Assembly: GCA_963700635.1 (NCBI GenBank)
Contig: CAVOYH010000001.1
Coordinates: 64,001 to 128,000 of the forward strand
DNA from: an uncultured Bacteroidota bacterium
GTDB taxonomy: Bacteria; Bacteroidota; Ignavibacteria; UBA10030; UBA6906
Reading direction: 5' to 3'
Length of the DNA: 64,000 bases
Part shown: in pieces, positions 59,171 to 64,000 of the stretch
How the letters are laid out: every line of letters starts with the position of its first letter
How positions within the stretch are numbered: the stretch's first letter is position 1
Program-made: the position numbers and the translations under genes
Notes under the pieces: model-generated
The model's input: only the letters and a program-made list of their open reading frames with translations
Databases searched by the model: none
What the model was told of the DNA's origin: nothing

Positions 59171-59199
59171 TTGACATTCGGCGTGTGGTATCTTATCTT
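59171..59199 (+). promoter_or_regulatory. Sigma70-type promoter
   Basis: TTGACA (59171-76), 17 nt, TATCTT (59194-99), plus an overlapping extended -10 TGGTATCTT; 55 nt before the ATG. Confidence 0.65.
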
Positions 59200-59254
59200 T
59201 ATTAACGAAAACACGCCGGAAATAACATTTTTTCTCAAGAGAAAGGCATAAGTC

Positions 59255-62200
59255 ATGGAAAGACTGTTCCAGCGGTTTCACGTACCCCTGGTCCTGGTGC
59301 TGGTATATGCAATGGCACTCACAAGCACGGCCTTTTCTGGTCCAACCACGTTCACCTCTGACGCATTCAACTCCCGTAATTTGCTCCGGCCACTCTGGTC
59401 ATTCACGGATCCCATCGGTGATGGTTCGCTCCGTATGCTGGGATACAAGACCGAGAGCGCACGGGTGCAGATTTCGGTCCCGGGTGGTTCAGAACATGAC
59501 CTCTGGACCCCGGCGTACAATGTCCCCAGAATCACGCAGGCATGTACGAACACCGATTTTACGGTCGAGGCGAAGTTCTTCTCCGGCCTGCAGGGCATTT
59601 CCTTCCAATCATATCAGGCACAGGGAATTGTCGTCGAACAGGATTCACTAAATTTGATTCGTTTTGACTTTACAACAGGTCACGACGTGGACAGCGTGAA
59701 AGCTTTCTCCGCTGTCTTTCTTAACGGGTTCAGCTCACCGTCAGTCAAAATCAACAACAAGCACTTCACGGGATATGGTGTTGCGCCGTTATGGTTGAGG
59801 GTGACACGTACGGGCAACATGTGGAAGATGTACTATTCGTTAAACGGTACGACGTTCACGCTGGCCGATAGTTTTGCACAGGCCCTCACGGTTACGAAGA
59901 TCGGGGCGTTTGCCGGTAATGCCGGTCCAAACCCTCTCCCGTTTACAGCGGATATCGACTATTTCTTCAACAATGACTCGCCCATTCTTCCTGAGGACGG
60001 TACCCCGGTCGCCGACAACCTCGGACCAATGATCTACAATGTCAACGCGGTGGTCAAACCGAATGCCATGGTGATCCGGTGGAAGACCGACGAACCCACG
60101 GACGGCGTTATCGAATGGGGATCGACTGCATCCTACGGAAATGTCCCTGTCTCTCATGGTGGCACCTATTTCGATCACCGTCTGATTGTGGCGGGTCTGA
60201 ACAGCATGAGTGAGTATCACTTCCGTGTTAAAGGAACCGATGACAGTCTCCGCACCAATGCATCCGGGGATTATGTGGTCAATTCTGGAAATTACGTCGA
60301 TGACGTACTGATGGTCTCGGATGATTTTGGAGGAACGACCGTCGATGCCGGGCTGTGGACTGCGGTAAACCCGCGCGGGGACGCATCGTTTACCGTGGCG
60401 GGCAAGAAACTCTCAATTGGAGTCGCCGGAGGGATTTCCCATGACGTGTGGACGGACGGATATTATGCGCCGCGGCTGATGCAGCAGGTGAAGAATAACG
60501 CGGATGTCTATGAGTTTACGGCGAAGTTCACCACGCCGCTCGTGGGTTCCGCCACGAATGTGATGATCCAGGGAATTGTTGTGGAGCAGGACACGAACAA
60601 TCTCCTGCGGGCGAACTTCAGTTATGACGGCAGCAACGTACGGATTTTCGTCGCCGGGTTCTACGATGGGCTTGCCTCGCCGGATGTGCTCGCCAATGAC
60701 GTCCTCACCGGTGCCACGTCAAACCTCTGGCTGCGCATGACCCAGGGAGGTGGAACGTTCAGGGTTTACTATTCGCTGAACGGCACCGTCTGGTCGTTCA
60801 TCCCGAGTTTTCCGCGCCCCTTGAATACGAAAAAGATCGGTGTGTTTGCCGGGAACGGTGGTTCGAGTCCGCAGGCATTCACCTGTTCTGTAGAGTACGT
60901 GGCTACCACGTTGCCGGCGAGACCCTACCTCGCACTCCCGCTGAACAATGCGGTGGATATCCCTACACCGCCAACAATGGTATGGGACACCACGGCATCC
61001 GCATCTCTGTATCGTCTTCAGCTTTCCACTGATGCCGGATTCGGGACTCTTGCCTACAACGATTCCACGATTGCCACCACCTCCAAACAGGTTGCGGGGC
61101 TCCTGAACACGACCCGGTACTACTGGCGCGTGCAGGGGAAGAACGCGGTGGGTGTCGGGCCTGTGTCCGCTGCGTTTACCTTTGTTACGGCCATCCCTGC
61201 GCCTGCGGTCCCGTTGGCGCTGGCGCCGGCTGACAATGCAACGGACGTGGATGTCGCTCCGACAATCCGCTGGACAAAACCTGCGGGTGCCACGAGTTAT
61301 CGGCTTCAAGTGGCCACGGACTCGCTTTTTGTCACGGGGATTGTTCTTAATGATTCGACTCTGACCGATACGGCACGCGTTGTCGCCGGCCTTACAAATC
61401 TGACAAAATATTACTGGCGCGTTAATGCAAAGAATGCGGGGGGAACCAGCGCATACACTGCAAAACGTGCTTTTACGACTATTTCTGCGATTCCAGCTGC
61501 TCCTGTACTTCTGACCCCGCCGAACAACGCGGTCAATCAGCAGGCCAACGTTCTGCTGCGCTGGAACCGCTCCAATGGCGCGCTCACATATCGGCTGCAG
61601 GTGGCGACCGATTCCACCTTTGGCTCGGGAGTGGTCTTTAACGATTCCACGCTTGCCGATACCGCACGTGCAATGTCAGCTCTTACCAACAGCACCCGGT
61701 ATTTCTGGCGCGTGAATGCAAAAAATGCCGCGGGTACAAGTTCGTACTCCACGGTGTGGGCGTTCACAACAATCGTCGCCAATCCGGGTATCCCTGTGCT
61801 GCTCTCCCCTGCTGACGGGGCGACGAATCAGGATCTCAGCCTTAAGTATCTATGGCGGAAGGTTTCGGGCGCGACGACGTATCGCTTGCAGGTTGCGTCG
61901 GATTCCACATTTGCAACGGGGATCGTGGTGAACGACTCAACGATCACGGATTCCACACGGACCGTGGGCGGGCTTGCGTTCAACATGAAATATTTCTGGC
62001 GTGTGAATTCCAAAAATATCGGAGGCACAAGTCCCTATTCTTCGGTATGGAACTTCCGGACCTTTGATGCCGATCCTGCCATCCCCAGACAGATTGCTCC
62101 GGCACAGGCGGCAACGGATCTGACCATTCCGGTATCGATCGTATGGACACGGCCGGCGGGCGCAACGTCATTTCAGCTCCAGGTGGCCACCGACTCCACA

Positions 62201-62941
62201 TTTGCGGGCGGATTTGTGGTGAATGACGCCGCCGTGGCTGACACCATGAAGATCGTATCAGGCCTGAACTACCTTACCACGTATTTCTGGCGCGTGAATG
62301 CAGACGCGGTGAGCGGAACATCGCCGTACTCGCCGACCAGGCGCTTCACAACAGGTATTCCGGCAGCCTCCGCGCCCGTACTGATTTATCCCTCTGACAT
62401 GGCACGTCAATCTACGGATAGCATGATCTTCATCTGGCGGAAGAGTCAGCCACTTGTTGACAAGTACTGGATTGATCTGGCGGTAGATTCGCTCTTCACG
62501 TTCGTTGTGAACGATCAAAATGTCACTGACACAACCAAGGTATTCAAGAATCTGCTCCCGAACCAGGGATACTTCTGGCGGGTGCGGGCACATAATCCGG
62601 GCGGGTGGGGGCCGTATAGCGTGGTGCGCAAGTTCACGCGTGATATCACGGACGTTGTCACAAGGCCCGAAACACCGACAGAATACCAGCTTTCTCAGAA
62701 CTATCCCAACCCATTCAATCCGGCAACGCAGATAGAATTTGCTGTGCCAAAAGAATCACGCGTCACACTTGAAGTGTATAACCTGCTCGGTCAGCGGGTC
62801 GTCACGCTCGTTGATGAGGTAATGGGCGCGGGATATCACGCGGTGAAATTCGAGGCGTCAGCTCTGCCGAGCGGGCTCTACCTCTATCGTATGGCCGCCG
62901 GCCAAACCAGCTTCATCCGGAAGATGATGTTGGTGAAATAG
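59255..62941 (+). CDS. T9SS-sorted protein with two ConA-like (DUF1349-like) domains, FN3 repeats and type A CTD
   Basis: Signal peptide; duplicated HD.W....PR..Q...QGIVVEQD..N..R...YYSLNG...KIG.FAGN; six FN3 repeats; QNYPNPFNP...KMMLVK. Confidence 0.88.
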   Translation: MERLFQRFHVPLVLVLVYAMALTSTAFSGPTTFTSDAFNSRNLLRPLWSFTDPIGDGSLRMLGYKTESARVQISVPGGSEHDLWTPAYNVPRITQACTNTDFTVEAKFFSGLQGISFQSYQAQGIVVEQDSLNLIRFDFTTGHDVDSVKAFSAVFLNGFSSPSVKINNKHFTGYGVAPLWLRVTRTGNMWKMYYSLNGTTFTLADSFAQALTVTKIGAFAGNAGPNPLPFTADIDYFFNNDSPILPEDGTPVADNLGPMIYNVNAVVKPNAMVIRWKTDEPTDGVIEWGSTASYGNVPVSHGGTYFDHRLIVAGLNSMSEYHFRVKGTDDSLRTNASGDYVVNSGNYVDDVLMVSDDFGGTTVDAGLWTAVNPRGDASFTVAGKKLSIGVAGGISHDVWTDGYYAPRLMQQVKNNADVYEFTAKFTTPLVGSATNVMIQGIVVEQDTNNLLRANFSYDGSNVRIFVAGFYDGLASPDVLANDVLTGATSNLWLRMTQGGGTFRVYYSLNGTVWSFIPSFPRPLNTKKIGVFAGNGGSSPQAFTCSVEYVATTLPARPYLALPLNNAVDIPTPPTMVWDTTASASLYRLQLSTDAGFGTLAYNDSTIATTSKQVAGLLNTTRYYWRVQGKNAVGVGPVSAAFTFVTAIPAPAVPLALAPADNATDVDVAPTIRWTKPAGATSYRLQVATDSLFVTGIVLNDSTLTDTARVVAGLTNLTKYYWRVNAKNAGGTSAYTAKRAFTTISAIPAAPVLLTPPNNAVNQQANVLLRWNRSNGALTYRLQVATDSTFGSGVVFNDSTLADTARAMSALTNSTRYFWRVNAKNAAGTSSYSTVWAFTTIVANPGIPVLLSPADGATNQDLSLKYLWRKVSGATTYRLQVASDSTFATGIVVNDSTITDSTRTVGGLAFNMKYFWRVNSKNIGGTSPYSSVWNFRTFDADPAIPRQIAPAQAATDLTIPVSIVWTRPAGATSFQLQVATDSTFAGGFVVNDAAVADTMKIVSGLNYLTTYFWRVNADAVSGTSPYSPTRRFTTGIPAASAPVLIYPSDMARQSTDSMIFIWRKSQPLVDKYWIDLAVDSLFTFVVNDQNVTDTTKVFKNLLPNQGYFWRVRAHNPGGWGPYSVVRKFTRDITDVVTRPETPTEYQLSQNYPNPFNPATQIEFAVPKESRVTLEVYNLLGQRVVTLVDEVMGAGYHAVKFEASALPSGLYLYRMAAGQTSFIRKMMLVK
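60911..62645 (+). repeat. Six tandem FN3-like repeats (~97 aa)
   Basis: Recurring P.L..P...A......W....GA..YRLQVATDS.F......D....DT......L.....Y.WRVNAKN..GTS.YS....F.T. Confidence 0.85.
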
Positions 62942-62955
62942 TCTCCGCCGACCGT

Positions 62956-63053
62956 GGGGGATACACCGTATCCCCCCGCGCCGGATAATGCGCAGATGAC
63001 GGCGTAGACACCCCCCCGATGAGGGGGAGGGATCTGCGCCTTCGTCGCATCTG
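62956..63053 (+). other. Intergenic tandem stem-loops
   Basis: gggggatac-acc-gtatccccc (62956-76), then a long imperfect hairpin cagatg..ggcgtaga..ccccc / ggggg..tctgcgcc..catctg (62993-63053). Confidence 0.5.
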
Positions 63054-63096
63054 GGTTTATGGAACTCTGCACACACATTATGGAGCCCGAAACGGT

Positions 63097-64000
63097 ATGA
63101 AATCTGCCATGTTATCCGGCAACTGGCGCATGGTCATTGTCATCGCGCTGACCACATTGACCACAATGTCGGTATTGGGGCAATCACAATTTAAGGGTCC
63201 CGGACCGGGAGATGTGTACCGTGAGTACTCCCGAATCATGAAACCTACGGACGGTGAAGCATGGAGGGTGACCGATCCCAACATCAATCTGTCCGTCTAC
63301 CCTCAAGCGGCGGGATTCCTGCCCAACCCGACGATCACCATTCCGGTGAGCGATCTTCAGGGCGCAACCCGGGCTGAAGCAGTGATCACAATGTGGGGGG
63401 GGCATATCTCCACATACGGAAGGAAAGTCCGATTTAACGGAAACTCCTGGATCACTATTCCTGATATTGATGTCTCAAACGGCATTCCAGCAGGCCATCT
63501 GGGGATCAACTACATTCACCAGGTCATGGTCACCGTTCCGATTCCGCTGGCGCATCTCGGTGAGGGCACCAACACCTTCGAGGGGACGAATACCGGTCAA
63601 CTGGGAGGGCCGGATGGTTATGGGTTTGACTGGGGGCAGCATGGATGGTACGCCATGCTTGTCCGCGTGTACTACGCCGCGGGGAAGACCTACACAACGG
63701 GAAACATCGCTTCACCCGCAGCCGGCGCTACGTTTACAGACAATCCAACCGTTTCGGTCACCGTCAACGGTTCGGCAGACAGAGTGGACGTCCTTGCCTA
63801 TTATGATGGGTATGACACGGATGGCGACGGGATCTACCAGGAATACCACAGCGACTATCATATCCAGCTCACCGATACGCAGATGGAGATGCGCAACCAT
63901 GTGGGGACTGCCACCGGCGCCCCCTTTTCGGTTCCCTGGGATACGAAGTGGGTGCCGGATCAGGCTGCGGGAAGTATCAAACTTCTAGCACGCATCCGCA
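63097..64000 (+). CDS. Exported hypothetical protein (3'-truncated; absent from the ORF track)
   Basis: Open frame from ATG 63097 to the window end: MKSAMLSGNWRMVIVIALTTLTTMSVLGQ...PGDVYREY...WRVTDP...WGGH...YDGYDTDGDG...WDTKWVPDQ; signal-like N-terminus. Confidence 0.8.
   Translation, partial: MKSAMLSGNWRMVIVIALTTLTTMSVLGQSQFKGPGPGDVYREYSRIMKPTDGEAWRVTDPNINLSVYPQAAGFLPNPTITIPVSDLQGATRAEAVITMWGGHISTYGRKVRFNGNSWITIPDIDVSNGIPAGHLGINYIHQVMVTVPIPLAHLGEGTNTFEGTNTGQLGGPDGYGFDWGQHGWYAMLVRVYYAAGKTYTTGNIASPAAGATFTDNPTVSVTVNGSADRVDVLAYYDGYDTDGDGIYQEYHSDYHIQLTDTQMEMRNHVGTATGAPFSVPWDTKWVPDQAAGSIKLLARIR

Noticed and set aside
63467-63988. 173-aa + strand ORF in the track
   Set aside because: Alternative frame of the real open-ended CDS starting at 63097.

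Overview
The window is moderately GC-rich (roughly 55-60% by eye) and all ~47 credible genes lie on the + strand. Type IX secretion (T9SS) C-terminal signals, a PorV-family gene, canonical TTGACA-N17-TATCTT promoters and Shine-Dalgarno sites suggest an FCB-superphylum organism outside the Bacteroidia (Ignavibacteria/Chlorobi/KSB1-like; inference). There are four blocks. (1) 1-20.2 kb is a tightly packed operon-like locus. It runs from a TonB-dependent receptor, T9SS cargo and PorV triplet, through several exported glutamate-related enzymes (formylglutamate amidohydrolase-like, signal-peptide glutamate racemase, M14/AstE-like hydrolase, GGT), a four-subunit 2-oxoacid:ferredoxin oxidoreductase, an orphan TRAP-type permease with a mini-protein and DUF6305, to the poly-gamma-glutamate genes pgsB-pgsC-pgsW. 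This putative polyglutamate synthesis/utilisation locus is the best candidate for an undescribed system. (2) 20.2-23.1 kb holds a probable pseudo-phosphatase, a DMT transporter and a threonine synthase-like enzyme. (3) 23.5-34.1 kb encodes a 3169-aa repetitive T9SS surface protein and two small exported proteins. (4) 34.6-59 kb is a Wzc/Wzy-type surface polysaccharide locus with five apparent single-base frameshifts, followed by a 1228-aa T9SS protein and another large exported protein cut off by the window end. No rRNA, tRNA, CRISPR array or mobile element was recognised. All family calls are from motif recognition by eye, not database searches.
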